Origin: Alphaproteobacteria bacterium
GTDB lineage: Bacteria; Pseudomonadota; Alphaproteobacteria; UBA8366; GCA-2717185
DNA length: 64,000 nt
Direction: 5' to 3'
Assembly (NCBI GenBank): GCA_021774435.1
Contig: JAJFJB010000249.1
Span: 53 to 64,052, forward strand
Shown here: positions 21,273-32,208 of the stretch, piece by piece
How the letters are laid out: each line of letters starts with the position of its first letter
Position numbering within the stretch: position 1 is the first letter of the stretch
Program-made: the position numbers and the translations under genes
The notes under the pieces: generated by a model
The model's input: only the letters and a program-made list of their open reading frames with translations
Told to the model about the DNA's origin: nothing
Databases searched by the model: none

Positions 21273-22229
21273 CTATTGCTGTTGTTGTTCTTGTTGTTGG
21301 AACGGTTCCAGTTCGGGCTCAGGCGCGGGCGGCATTGGGCGCACAATACGAAGAAAATCTTCGTGATGCGCCGGTGCTTCTGTCGGCAAAACCGTTACGG
21401 CTACGGCAAGTTCGCTGGCCGACCCTCCTTTAAAGGCGCCCCGTGTCGGCGAGACATCGGCGTAGTCACGGCCGACGGCGACGCGAATATGCCGTTCTTC
21501 GGCTATTGCATCGTTGGTTGGATCAAATCCTACCCAGCCGATATCCGGCAGGAAGGCTTCGGCCCAGGCGTGACTCGCGCCTTCCATGGACCGGTCGTGA
21601 CTGTCCAGGCTGCGAAATACGTAACCGGACACGTAACGGCACGGGATGCCGCGGCGGCGGACAAGGGCAATCATGATATGGGCGAAATCTTGACAAACAC
21701 CTTTCCCGTTGCGCAGCGCATCCGAAATGGGTGAGTCTACTTGCGTGGCTGCCGGGACATAGTCGAAATGCGAATATAGTGACGTATTCAAGGCCTTAAG
21801 CCAAGTTAGTGGATCCGCATTGGCCGGAAAGTTCAGCGATTCCTCGAATTCGGACAACAACTCGCTGAATTGGATATAGTGGCTATCATGCAGCATATCC
21901 CAATGCTCGCCGCGTGTGGCGATGGCGTTCAGTGCATTCCAGGACTCGGTCAACATGGCGTCCGGTAGGGGCTCCGGATCAGCCATTTCGACCGTCGATT
22001 CCGCCGTAATTGTCAGTGCGTCATGTGCGCCGGGTACGTCGAAATGATATACGGCGTTGCCGAGATAGTCGGAATAGGCGAAGAGTTGCGCGTGCGGTTG
22101 TACCTGTACCTGGAACGTCTGCAGCCGCTGCCGCGCCTCCGTGCGGGGCTGCATGTATAGCGACATCACGCTCTCACGAACCGGCGCTGAATAGCGGAAG
22201 CGAGTGACATGGCGGATGGAATAGAACAT
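21273..22229 (-). CDS. Transglutaminase-like protein (Bact_transglu_N + core)
   Basis: IRHVTRFRYS, GVCQDFAH, YVSGY, SHAWAE, GFDPTN, GRDYADV. Confidence 0.93.
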   Translation of the reverse strand: MFYSIRHVTRFRYSAPVRESVMSLYMQPRTEARQRLQTFQVQVQPHAQLFAYSDYLGNAVYHFDVPGAHDALTITAESTVEMADPEPLPDAMLTESWNALNAIATRGEHWDMLHDSHYIQFSELLSEFEESLNFPANADPLTWLKALNTSLYSHFDYVPAATQVDSPISDALRNGKGVCQDFAHIMIALVRRRGIPCRYVSGYVFRSLDSHDRSMEGASHAWAEAFLPDIGWVGFDPTNDAIAEERHIRVAVGRDYADVSPTRGAFKGGSASELAVAVTVLPTEAPAHHEDFLRIVRPMPPAPEPELEPFQQQEQQQQ

Positions 22230-22252
22230 GGCGCGGCAGTCCGTTGTGCGGG

Positions 22253-23230
22253 TTATGCAATGTGGGCGTCGACGGGATAGGCGATGTAGGTCTCAAACAC
22301 CGCATCGTGAATCTCGGCGCATTGCCTTTGGATGTCGGCAAAGTGCGCTTGGATGGAATCGGTCATTATTTCCTCGACTTGCCCGTAATCGAGGTAGGCG
22401 CGCAACCGCCCCGCGATCCGTTCAGCCTTACCATTTCGATGGACGTTGCTTTCAGGAGCGACCTTTTGCAGTTCCGTCTGTACCATATCCACGGCGAAGC
22501 GGATCGAGCGTGGAAATTCGGAATCAAAAACCAAAAATTCCGCGACACGGCTCGGTCGGATGTCGGCGGTGTAAACTTTGCAGTATGCTTCGAATGCCGT
22601 GCACATCTTTAGCAGATTGTACCATTCGAACGGCGTATCAGCAGCTTTTGTCGTCGTTCCGGGGACACCGCCGAAATGGAATGCCAGCAGCGACGCGACG
22701 AGTTGCGCCCGTTCCATATACCGGCCAAGCTGGATGAAATGCCACCCCTCGCCATTGCTCATGGTCGAATCGGTGATCCCGTGAAACTGGTGCAGACCGT
22801 TGATGAGATCGACATAAAAGTCAGTCGACTGCGTGCGCCAAATCGATTCAAGAGATGTGGACCGGAGAGCCAGGTAAAGCCGATTCAGTTGTTCCCACAT
22901 TTCCGTACTTGTCTGTTCGCGAACCTGTCGGGCATTTTCGCGCGCGGAATAAAGTGAATTGGCGATAGAGGGCGGTCGCTGCATTTCGAACGTCAGCGCG
23001 CCGGTGATACGGTAGGGCAGACTGCGACCGACCCGATAGGCGGAATGTTTGCTGCCTGGCGGCGATGCGCGCAGGCTGGCCAAAACCCGTGCCCAGGATG
23101 GGTCGTTATCCTGTGGTTCGTGATCCAGGAGCGCGCTGTATTGCACGCTCATCAGGCGTGCTATGTGCTCGGCACGTTCAAGATAACGGCTCATCCAATA
23201 CAAGCTGTCCGCAACGCGGGAGAGCATCAT
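22253..23230 (-). CDS. Alpha-E domain protein (DUF403)
   Basis: MLSRVADSLYWMSRYLERAE, second ER motif GRYMERA, FPRSI. Confidence 0.93.
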   Translation of the reverse strand: MMLSRVADSLYWMSRYLERAEHIARLMSVQYSALLDHEPQDNDPSWARVLASLRASPPGSKHSAYRVGRSLPYRITGALTFEMQRPPSIANSLYSARENARQVREQTSTEMWEQLNRLYLALRSTSLESIWRTQSTDFYVDLINGLHQFHGITDSTMSNGEGWHFIQLGRYMERAQLVASLLAFHFGGVPGTTTKAADTPFEWYNLLKMCTAFEAYCKVYTADIRPSRVAEFLVFDSEFPRSIRFAVDMVQTELQKVAPESNVHRNGKAERIAGRLRAYLDYGQVEEIMTDSIQAHFADIQRQCAEIHDAVFETYIAYPVDAHIA

Positions 23231-23243
23231 GACCGCGATCCTT

Positions 23244-24728
23244 TCACTCGTTAAGGACCCAGGTGTCTTTTGAGCCGCCGCCTTGCGAAGAATTCACCAC
23301 AAGGCTTCCCCGTTTCAAGGCAACCCTTGTGAGACCGCCAGGGACAATCGTCGTCTTTTCACCTTGCAGAATAAAGGGACGAAGATCGACATGGCGGCCT
23401 TCAATCTGGCGCTCGACGAAACAGGGCGCCCGCGATAGGGCCAATGTTGGTTGGGCAATATAGTTGTCCGGATCCGCAATAAGGCGTTCACGGAACGCCG
23501 CGATTTCATCCTTCGCCGCATGCGGACCGACTAGCATGCCATAACCGCCGGACTCGCCAACCGCTTTCACGACAAGTTTTTCCAGATTATCGAGAGCGAA
23601 TTTCAGGCTGTCAGGTTCTCGGCAAAGATAGGTTTCGACATTGGGCAGGATCGGCTCTGCGTCGAGGTAGTATTTGATGATCCGAGGGACATAGGCATAG
23701 ACGGCCTTATCGTCCGCAATCCCTGTCCCGAGCGCATTGGCGATTGCCACATTTCCGGCGCGGAACGCGTTGAAGAGGCCTGAAACACCAAGCGTGGAAT
23801 CCGGACGAAAGGTGATCGGATCGATAAAATCGTCATCCAGGCGTCGGTAAATTACATCCACGCGCCGCAAGCCACTGGTCGTGCGCATAAAAACCGTGTT
23901 GTTGTGCACGACGAGATCGCGGCCTTCGACGAGTTCAATACCCATTCGCCGGGCAAGGAACGTGTGCTCGAAATACGCGGAATTGAAGACCCCAGGTGTC
24001 AGCAGAACGATACGCGGGTCGGACTGATGTCCGGGTGCCAGGGACCGCAACGTTGACAACAGGGATTCGCAATAATCCTCGATGCGACGCACATTGTAAC
24101 CGCGGTAAAGTGTCGGAAAGGCGCGCCGGATGATCTCTCTGTTGGTCAGCATATAGGACACGCCCGACGGAACTCGGAGGTTGTCCTCTAAAACCGCGAA
24201 TTCTCCATTTTCCGTTCGGACCAGATCGCTTCCACAAATCGAAACGTAGGCATCACGGGGTACCTGGACGCCGCGCATCTCGCGGCGGTATTGCCGGCAG
24301 CTATAGACCAAATCGCGTGGTACGACCCCGTCGGACAGGATCGCTCCGTCGTTATAGATATCCTTGAGGAACAGGTTGAGCGCATCGACACGCTGTTTCA
24401 GTCCCGCTTCGATCGTTGCCCATTCCGAGGCAGTCAGAATTCGCGGTAGGCAATCCGTCGGAAAGATTTGCTCCGTTGAATCCGAAGCGCCGTAGACCGT
24501 AAAGGTGATGCCCTGATGCAGGAAAGCGCGGTCAACCGCCTGTTGCCGCCGGATCATCTCCTCGGAGCCTAACGCCTCAAGCCTTGCCTGCAATGCGCGA
24601 TAGTGCAGCCGTGATACCCCGCCCGCGTTGAACATTTCGTCATACGCGTTATCGAGAACGTAGTTTTTGTATGACTCGCCGCTGGGTCGTTGTAGGTCGG
24701 GGCCCGATCCTGAGTTCCGATTATCCAT
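23244..24728 (-). CDS. Circularly permuted type 2 ATP-grasp protein
   Basis: [49 protein letters not shown]. Confidence 0.95.
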   Translation of the reverse strand: MDNRNSGSGPDLQRPSGESYKNYVLDNAYDEMFNAGGVSRLHYRALQARLEALGSEEMIRRQQAVDRAFLHQGITFTVYGASDSTEQIFPTDCLPRILTASEWATIEAGLKQRVDALNLFLKDIYNDGAILSDGVVPRDLVYSCRQYRREMRGVQVPRDAYVSICGSDLVRTENGEFAVLEDNLRVPSGVSYMLTNREIIRRAFPTLYRGYNVRRIEDYCESLLSTLRSLAPGHQSDPRIVLLTPGVFNSAYFEHTFLARRMGIELVEGRDLVVHNNTVFMRTTSGLRRVDVIYRRLDDDFIDPITFRPDSTLGVSGLFNAFRAGNVAIANALGTGIADDKAVYAYVPRIIKYYLDAEPILPNVETYLCREPDSLKFALDNLEKLVVKAVGESGGYGMLVGPHAAKDEIAAFRERLIADPDNYIAQPTLALSRAPCFVERQIEGRHVDLRPFILQGEKTTIVPGGLTRVALKRGSLVVNSSQGGGSKDTWVLNE

Positions 24729-24790
24729 GGGACCGACTCAAGGGAGCCGGTCGATGCTTGTCAAGAGCTACATGCGCGGTCAGGCGGTGT

Positions 24791-25993
24791 TTACTTTTTG
24801 CACGCTTCAGGTAATGCCGGGTATTTCTTCAGTCCCGCGACATGACGTCTATGCGAATATTCGTTGTTCTCTTTAAAATCGAGACTGCCGGGACCAATGA
24901 ATTTATTCCCATTGACCTTGAGAATTGTATTCTCCCGGTTGCGGGTAACGATAAAGCGCCCGGCTGAATGGTCGTTAATTACCGTATTACCCTTGAAAAT
25001 AAGCGTTTGTTCGGGGTTGCGATTTGGCGCTTTCCATGTCTCCATCGCAAACGCGACTATCCCGCGGTTCGCACTTTTGGGACCCTGTTGGATGACATTA
25101 TTCAAAACTTCTGCGCGTCCGCCATTGGGTAAATCGAGTTCCCAGGAGCTGTCGCCTTCCATGCTTGCAATGACGTTGCATGAAATCACGTTGTGCTTCG
25201 CACGGCTCTTAACGCAATTGCCCTGATCGACACAGTGACTCACGTGGCTTCGACGCAATGTAAATTTATCGGCGGGACCGATATATACGGAATGTGCCTT
25301 GCCGGCACGCCCTATTCGCCTAAATTCACTGTCTTCGACAAGAATGACATCGCCGGGATGGCGCCCGCCGCCAAGGATACCTTCCTCGCCGTCGTGGAAA
25401 TAGCTATTTCTGACTGTTAATCCTTTGCCTTGATGGCGAATACCCGCGCCATTCTTGTCCCTCACCTTCATACCGGAAAATTCAATATTCTCGATCGTCG
25501 TGTTTTCGCCATTGATAATCCAAAGCGCTTTGCCACCGCATGTTTCGTCCCGAATATGAGCACGGCCGCCAACACCTCGTATGGTCAGGTTGTTGGCTGT
25601 CCAGAGGGTACAATCGACATATTCGCCGGCGGCGATCTCAATGGTGTCACCATCTTGCGCTTCTTTTGCCGCCATGCTTGGCCATTTCAATCGTTCTTTC
25701 GGGCCAACTCGTAGCGTTGTCGGCGGCCTTGCTATTTTTTGATTTCTTCGAGATTTCCGTTTTGATTGCTTTCGATTTTTTCGGGGAGGCTTTGCCCGCC
25801 CTTCAGGTAGGATTCTTAATCCCTTCAAATCCCCCTTTAAGATGACTTTCTGCTTATCCGTCCAAACCTCGACATCGGCGTTTACCGGAAATGTGAGCAA
25901 AAGACCGACTAGCGCGAAGCAAGTGTATTCGAGACATTTCTTAACACAGGATCGGGTGATAGGGGTCAAGTGTCCGGACATACGCATTGGCAT
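24791..25993 (-). CDS. Exported right-handed beta-helix repeat protein (polysaccharide-lyase-like fold)
   Basis: AQDGDTIEIAAGEY, IENIEFSG, DKNGAGIRH, DLPNGG motifs; hydrophobic signal region; start uncertain. Confidence 0.8.
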   Translation of the reverse strand: MPMRMSGHLTPITRSCVKKCLEYTCFALVGLLLTFPVNADVEVWTDKQKVILKGDLKGLRILPEGRAKPPRKNRKQSKRKSRRNQKIARPPTTLRVGPKERLKWPSMAAKEAQDGDTIEIAAGEYVDCTLWTANNLTIRGVGGRAHIRDETCGGKALWIINGENTTIENIEFSGMKVRDKNGAGIRHQGKGLTVRNSYFHDGEEGILGGGRHPGDVILVEDSEFRRIGRAGKAHSVYIGPADKFTLRRSHVSHCVDQGNCVKSRAKHNVISCNVIASMEGDSSWELDLPNGGRAEVLNNVIQQGPKSANRGIVAFAMETWKAPNRNPEQTLIFKGNTVINDHSAGRFIVTRNRENTILKVNGNKFIGPGSLDFKENNEYSHRRHVAGLKKYPALPEACKK

Positions 25994-26155
25994 TTGCCGC
26001 TTCCCTTAAAAATCGGTTCGACTTCAATAAGTTCGTATTGTTAAACCGCGCAGGTTCAGTAGTCTATATGGTGTTGTTCCTACGCTATAAAAGGCGTCCA
26101 TACTCTTCTTTAATGGCGTGTCCGGAACCGCGCGGTCCACACCGATCAGGAATTT

Positions 26156-29100
26156 CTATTCGGAGACATCCGCCAACGATGGTCGGGTGTGGGGTGTCGA
26201 TTTTTCGAGGGCGCCGATGAAGAGCGCCAGCAGTGGTGGCACTACAGCGAGCGTCAGGATTGCGGATAGCGACAAACCTCCAACGACGACAGACCCTAAT
26301 CCCCGGTAAAGCTCCGACCCGGCACCGGGAAACAAGACCAATGGCAGCATTCCGCCAACACTTGTTAGCGTCGACATAAAAATAGGCCGAATGCGGTTTC
26401 GGGTTGCTTCGACCACGGCGTCCGTGTGCGCCATGCCTTCGATGCGAATGTGGTGCAGCGTTTGATGCACGATCAGGATGGCATTGTTGACGACGATTCC
26501 GATCAAAATGACGAAGCCAAGCAAGGTCAGCATGTCGAGCTGCTGAAGCTGGAAATAATTCAGCAATTTTAATCCGAGCACGCCCCCGGCAGCGGCAATC
26601 GGCACAGATAGAATAATGATCAGAGGATAGAAAAAACTTTCGAAGAGGACAGCCAATACCAAGAATACGATGGCAAATGCGAGAATGAGATCTAGTTGAA
26701 GTTCTTTGGCCGTCGCGGATAACGCATCTGCCGTGCCACCCAATTGCAATCGAACGCCTTCCGGTAGTCCTTCGTTTTCCAGTTTGGCAATGACATCGTT
26801 ACGCAGAATATTTAGCGCTGATTCGAGCGCCATGTCGGGTGGCGGCCGAATACGCAAGGCGACGGCCCGGCTGCCGTCTTCGTGCATAATTTGGGTTGGG
26901 CCGGCTATGAGCCTGACATCTGCTAGCGAAGAAACGGGGACGCTTTTGCCATCGCTGGTGATTACGGGAAGATTGGAAATATCCTGGGTTTCGCCGGTCT
27001 CTAACTTCTTTCCCGCGAGAATCAGGTCAATAAAACGCCCGTCGACCAGAATTTCGTCGACCCGGATGCCGTCATTATATGCATCGATTGTCAGTCCCAG
27101 GTCTCGGGCACTAAGACCGTTATCCGCAAGGCGCGCGGGATTTGGTTGAATGCGAACTTCCGGCGATCCAAATTCGAGGCGTGGTGTCGCGCTCACCTGC
27201 GCGCCATTTTTGCGCGGCAAAACGACTCGAACGCGATCCAAAGCGCGATGGACGACCTCGAAAATCGTTTTCAACTCACCGCCATTGACGGTAAGCCGGA
27301 TGGTTCTTGTTCCGCCATCGACGCGGAAAATCGCTGGCCGATAAGCCGTTGGGCGTACGCCGGGATAACCACGCGTCGCTTTCAGAATGAGCGGTATCAA
27401 TTCTTTCGCCCGTACCGATTGGGCGCCGCGCGAAACGACAAGTATTCTGTCGGGCCTAATAATAAAGGTGAAATATTTAGTCATTAACGGGTCGCTTGGT
27501 TTTGAGGATTCTGTTTTGCGGGACTCCAAGTGTGGCAGTAGTTGTTTTTCCATAGCCAGGGACAATTCGTTGGCGGCGCTGAGATTATACCCGGGCGGCA
27601 TCCGGGCGATGCCGACTACGAGGTTCCGGTCGCCCTCTGGCAGATATTCGAGCGGCGGTAGAAAAAACCACACAATGAATCCCGCCCCTGCAACGATCAT
27701 GGTTATAAAGCTCAGTGCGCGGGGCCGGCTGCGCACGACAAATGCGGTGAAACTCACCGTAAAGCGGACAAACGACTGGGCTAATTCATCGATTATGGGC
27801 AGATAAATACGAGACGATACCTTGCTGTTACCGAGTAGTTTGTTTGCAAGCGCCGGGATTACCGTCACTGATACGAATAGCGAGAGGGTAACCGCAACGG
27901 AAATGGCGACGGCGATATCGCGGAAAATCTGGCCCACATCGAGGTCTGTAAACAGGATCGGTATAAAAACAAGAATTGTCGTCAGGGATGACACGAGGAT
28001 CGCTCCCCAAACCTGCTGCGCCCCGAGATATGCTGCGCGCGGCGCTGAATATCCCTGTTGTCGGAGGCGATAAATATTCTCAAGGACGATAATGGCTGCA
28101 TCGACGACCATGCCCACGGCGAAGGCAATGCCGGCCAAAGAAACGACATTGATGGATTGCCCGAAGGCGGCCATGGCGACAAATGACGCGATGACCGAAG
28201 TTGGAATAGCCAAGGCGACAATTAAAGTTGCGCGGCCCGAACGCAGAAAAAGCAAGAGAATGAAAACGGCAACGGCACCGCCGACCCAAATATTCTTGAG
28301 GACGAGATCAATCGCCGATTCGATGTAGAGGGTTTCGTCGTACATTTGTTCCAGGACGAGGCCCTGCTCTTTGATCGGGCCTTCTTGAAGCTCCGAAATT
28401 GCCCTTTTTACCTCGCGCATCGTCTCAATGACGTTTACGCCAACTTCATTGCGAACACCGAAGTTGATAATGCGCCGACCGTTCATGCGCGCCCGAGAGT
28501 CGCGTTTGCGGTATTGGAAATCGACATCGGCGATATCATCGACCGTGACTCGAGCAAGCCGTCCCGTAACGCTGTCGTGGGTGCTGCGGAGGACTATTTT
28601 TCGAACGTTTTCCGGTGTCGACAAACGCCAGTCGGTGCGAACGATATAACGTCTCTTACCCTCCGCGATATCCCCAGTTGTCGCAGCGACATGGGCTGCC
28701 CTCAAACGGGTGAGTACGTCGGGTATCGTGAGTCCGAAGCGGGCCAGTCGATTGGGATCAAACGATATGCGCAGCTCCCGTATCCGCCCGCCACGCATCG
28801 AGACCGATTCGACACCGGTGATCCGTTCCAGCCTCTCCCGGACCACGTCGTTGGCAAAATCGCCATATTGTTCGATTGGTTGTGTGTTGCCTTCTCGTGG
28901 CCACATATAAATCCACGCGATACGATTCCCGCGCGGGTCGGCGGACCGATAGGTTGGTGCGTCAGCCTCTTCCGGATATCCATTGACCCGGTCGAGCCGG
29001 TTGGCCACCAGGAGAAGGGCGTTGTTCATATTATGACCGACCGGGAACTGCAGCTTTATACGGCCAACGCCCGGCAAAGAGTTGCTGACAATGCTTCTTA

Positions 29101-29329
29101 GCCCCGGTAGGCCTCGTAAAACCTCTTCTTGTTTGTTGATGATCTCGCGCTCTATTTCTTCGGGGGCGGCGCCACGCCATACCGTCCGAAGATTGATCGC
29201 CGGCTGTGCGATGCTGGGGGATAGCTGTATGGGAATTGTGGTCAGCGCGATTCCGCCGAACAACAAGACCAAAATCACGGCGGCAACGATGGCGATGGGT
29301 CGGTTGATCGAGTAGCGAATCAAGTCCAT
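26156..29329 (-). CDS. RND efflux transporter permease (AcrB/AcrD/AcrF family)
   Basis: 1057 aa; AVGMVVDAAIIVLENI, GIVVNNAIL and RIRPIFMSTLT motifs. Confidence 0.93.
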   Translation of the reverse strand: MDLIRYSINRPIAIVAAVILVLLFGGIALTTIPIQLSPSIAQPAINLRTVWRGAAPEEIEREIINKQEEVLRGLPGLRSIVSNSLPGVGRIKLQFPVGHNMNNALLLVANRLDRVNGYPEEADAPTYRSADPRGNRIAWIYMWPREGNTQPIEQYGDFANDVVRERLERITGVESVSMRGGRIRELRISFDPNRLARFGLTIPDVLTRLRAAHVAATTGDIAEGKRRYIVRTDWRLSTPENVRKIVLRSTHDSVTGRLARVTVDDIADVDFQYRKRDSRARMNGRRIINFGVRNEVGVNVIETMREVKRAISELQEGPIKEQGLVLEQMYDETLYIESAIDLVLKNIWVGGAVAVFILLLFLRSGRATLIVALAIPTSVIASFVAMAAFGQSINVVSLAGIAFAVGMVVDAAIIVLENIYRLRQQGYSAPRAAYLGAQQVWGAILVSSLTTILVFIPILFTDLDVGQIFRDIAVAISVAVTLSLFVSVTVIPALANKLLGNSKVSSRIYLPIIDELAQSFVRFTVSFTAFVVRSRPRALSFITMIVAGAGFIVWFFLPPLEYLPEGDRNLVVGIARMPPGYNLSAANELSLAMEKQLLPHLESRKTESSKPSDPLMTKYFTFIIRPDRILVVSRGAQSVRAKELIPLILKATRGYPGVRPTAYRPAIFRVDGGTRTIRLTVNGGELKTIFEVVHRALDRVRVVLPRKNGAQVSATPRLEFGSPEVRIQPNPARLADNGLSARDLGLTIDAYNDGIRVDEILVDGRFIDLILAGKKLETGETQDISNLPVITSDGKSVPVSSLADVRLIAGPTQIMHEDGSRAVALRIRPPPDMALESALNILRNDVIAKLENEGLPEGVRLQLGGTADALSATAKELQLDLILAFAIVFLVLAVLFESFFYPLIIILSVPIAAAGGVLGLKLLNYFQLQQLDMLTLLGFVILIGIVVNNAILIVHQTLHHIRIEGMAHTDAVVEATRNRIRPIFMSTLTSVGGMLPLVLFPGAGSELYRGLGSVVVGGLSLSAILTLAVVPPLLALFIGALEKSTPHTRPSLADVSE

Positions 29330-29387
29330 CGGGGCATTCTACCGCAGCAATGTCGACCTGTCGCTTGGTGTTGCGTCGACCCAGCCT

Positions 29388-30404
29388 TTAGAGCCCCTGA
29401 CGGACCCGCGGAAACACTTCTTCGGCGATGATTTGCATCGTCTCCATGGAGCGGGAAACTTCGAGTCCCGGCCAATGCATACTCATGACGACATGGTTCA
29501 TGCCGACCCGCTTGCTGAATTTTATCATCTGTTCGGCGACGTCGTCGGGGGATCCGATAAAAAACCGGTCCTTGAGCAACTCCTCGAAGGGTTGCCCCAG
29601 CTCATCTTTCGCATCCGGACGCGACCGTCCGAGGCCCCAGGCGTGGTAGGCCCGGTACTTCGTCATGATCGGTTCCTTGGCGACCCGATAGGCTTCCTCG
29701 CGGGTCGGCGCGACGAAGACTTCGCGACGGAACGGAAATTCTGCCGGGAATGGTTTCCCGGCGCTGTCCAAAGCGCGTTTGTAGGTTTCCACCTGACTGG
29801 CAACTTCATCTAGCCGGTCATTGGGCCCGACATAGAAGCAATCGCCCATGCGGGCCGCACGCTCAATCACCGCATCGGCACTGCCGCCGATCCAGATTGG
29901 CGGATGCGGTTTCTGCACGGGTTTCGCTGAGCATGCGGCGTCATCAAGCTCAAAATGTGAGCCTTTCATCGTCACTGTATCTTCGGTCCACAGCCGCTTG
30001 ATCGCAGTCAGGTTTTCTTCAAAGCGGCGTGCGCGGGCGCGTCTGGAAGTACCGAATGCCTTGAATTCCACGTCCCGATAACCGACGCCACATCCGAAGA
30101 TGAGCTTGCCGTTCGTCATGATATCCAAGGTGCCGAGCTGTTCTGCCACGTCGAGCGGTTTGTGCAGCGGCAGCAGAAGAACGCCAGTATTAAGGCGCAG
30201 ACTCGGGGCTTCTGCGGCGATTCGGGCAAGAAACGGCACTTGTTGCAGATCCTGCAATGGATGCGTGCTGTAATGAGACCCCTTAGTGATTGAATCATAC
30301 CCAAGTTTCTCCGCGAGGCGGGCTTGTTCCAGCATTTCGCCGAACCGATCGGCAACCGCGTCGTCTTGGGGAAACTGTCCCCGCATCATGATCCCAAACT
30401 GCAT
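29388..30404 (-). CDS. LLM class flavin-dependent oxidoreductase
   Basis: AEKLGYDS, PLDVAEQLGTLD...GKLIFGCGVGY, PVQKPHPPIWIGG, GSPDDVAE. Confidence 0.92.
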   Translation of the reverse strand: MQFGIMMRGQFPQDDAVADRFGEMLEQARLAEKLGYDSITKGSHYSTHPLQDLQQVPFLARIAAEAPSLRLNTGVLLLPLHKPLDVAEQLGTLDIMTNGKLIFGCGVGYRDVEFKAFGTSRRARARRFEENLTAIKRLWTEDTVTMKGSHFELDDAACSAKPVQKPHPPIWIGGSADAVIERAARMGDCFYVGPNDRLDEVASQVETYKRALDSAGKPFPAEFPFRREVFVAPTREEAYRVAKEPIMTKYRAYHAWGLGRSRPDAKDELGQPFEELLKDRFFIGSPDDVAEQMIKFSKRVGMNHVVMSMHWPGLEVSRSMETMQIIAEEVFPRVRQGL

Positions 30405-30557
30405 ATCGACCCCCTAAATCCGGCTATGACCGAATGATAAGCGAATTGCCATTGGAACAACCAATTTTTCATGGCAGTACGATATTTGTGAGAGGGCTGG
30501 TGCACGGCTCGCCCTCTGTTAATCTAGCGGCAAATTTCCAGACATTGGGGTGACGAT

Positions 30558-32162
30558 ATGGCGGGCGCGGAAGACGAATTCGATTACATAATTGCTGGCG
30601 CGGGGTCGGCCGGTTGCGTTCTGGCGAACAGATTGTCGGCTGATCCTCGCAACAGAGTCCTGCTGCTGGAAGCCGGCGGTCGCGACAACTACCCGTGGAT
30701 TCACATCCCTGTCGGTTATTTCAAAACAATTCTGAATCCCAGAACGGACTGGTGTTTCTACACAGAGCCCGACCCGGGCTTGAATGGTCGCAGCATTCCC
30801 TGGCCGCGCGGCAAGGTGTTGGGCGGTTCCAGTTCGATTAACGGCCTCGTCTATATTCGCGGACAAAGCCACGATTACGACCAGTGGCGGCAGCTCGGCA
30901 ATACCGGCTGGGCGTGGGACGATGTGTTGCCCTATTTCATGAAGGCGGAAGATCAGCAGCGGGGGCCAAGTGAGACGCACGGCGCCGGGGGGCCGTTGGG
31001 CGTTTCCGATATTGGGTTTTCCCGCGGATTTTCGGATGCGTTCATTGATGCGGCCGAGGAGACGGGTATACCGCGAACGGACGATTTCAACAGTGGAAAC
31101 CAGGAAGGGGCAGGCTATTTCCAGCTCACCACACGCAATGGCCGGCGGTGCAGCACGGCGGTTGGCTATCTGCGGCCAGTCAAAGGGCGATCGAATCTTT
31201 CCATCACGACAAACGCCATGGTTCGCCGTGTTGTCTTCGAAGGCAAACGGGCGACGGGCATCGAATATTCCGTGAATGGCCAGACGCGAATGTCCAAGGC
31301 AAAAGGCGAGGTCATCCTGTCCTCCGGCGCGATCGGGTCGCCGCAGATCTTGCAATTATCCGGCGTTGGACCCGGCGCCGTCTTGGCCGAAGCGGGGGTT
31401 CCTGTCGTTCATGACGCGCCCGGCGTGGGCGACAATCTGCAGGACCATTTGCAGATCCGAGCGATCTACAAGACCAATCAGCCCTCGCTCAATGATGAAG
31501 TGAACAGCCTGTACCGCAAAGCGCTGATGGGTCTCGAGTATATTTTCACCCGGAAGGGGCCGCTTACCTTGGCCGCTGGGCATGTCGGGATGTTCGCGAG
31601 GACGCGTGAGGATCTGGAAACGCCGGACGTGCAATTTCACCTGATCCCGCTGAGCACCAAGGCGCCGGGTGAGGGGTTGCACGAGTTCTCCGCCTTCACG
31701 TCGTCGGTTTGCCAATTGCGGCCCGAGTCGCGCGGCAAAATTACGATTAAATCTGCCGAGCCGACGGACTATCCGGCTATATATCCGAACTATCTGTCTG
31801 CGCTGACCGATCAGCAGACAATTGTCGCGGGCATGAAATTGTCGCGGAAGATAATGGCGACACCGACGATGCAGTCGCTGATTACAGAAGAATTCATGCC
31901 GGGTCTGGATGTCCAATCGGACGAAGAACTTCTAGAGCATGCGCGCGAAAATGCGGGAACGATTTATCATCCGGTGGGTACGTGCAAGATGGGCGACGAT
32001 CCGACGGCGGTCGTTGATGAACGCCTGCGTGTGCACGGTATCGAAGGTCTGCGGGTCGTCGATGCATCGATCATGCCGACCTTAGTATCCGGCAATACAA
32101 ATGCGCCGTCGATCATGATCGGCGAGAAAGCATCGGATATGATTCTGGAAGATGCGCGTTAA
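30558..32162 (+). CDS. GMC oxidoreductase (choline/alcohol dehydrogenase-like)
   Basis: DYIIAGAGSAGCVLANRLS, GKVLGGSSSING, YHPVGTCKMG, GNTNAP. Confidence 0.95.
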   Translation: MAGAEDEFDYIIAGAGSAGCVLANRLSADPRNRVLLLEAGGRDNYPWIHIPVGYFKTILNPRTDWCFYTEPDPGLNGRSIPWPRGKVLGGSSSINGLVYIRGQSHDYDQWRQLGNTGWAWDDVLPYFMKAEDQQRGPSETHGAGGPLGVSDIGFSRGFSDAFIDAAEETGIPRTDDFNSGNQEGAGYFQLTTRNGRRCSTAVGYLRPVKGRSNLSITTNAMVRRVVFEGKRATGIEYSVNGQTRMSKAKGEVILSSGAIGSPQILQLSGVGPGAVLAEAGVPVVHDAPGVGDNLQDHLQIRAIYKTNQPSLNDEVNSLYRKALMGLEYIFTRKGPLTLAAGHVGMFARTREDLETPDVQFHLIPLSTKAPGEGLHEFSAFTSSVCQLRPESRGKITIKSAEPTDYPAIYPNYLSALTDQQTIVAGMKLSRKIMATPTMQSLITEEFMPGLDVQSDEELLEHARENAGTIYHPVGTCKMGDDPTAVVDERLRVHGIEGLRVVDASIMPTLVSGNTNAPSIMIGEKASDMILEDAR

Positions 32163-32208
32163 AAAACGTACGCTTTGTCTAATTCATTGATTAGCGGAGG
32201 AAAGCAAT

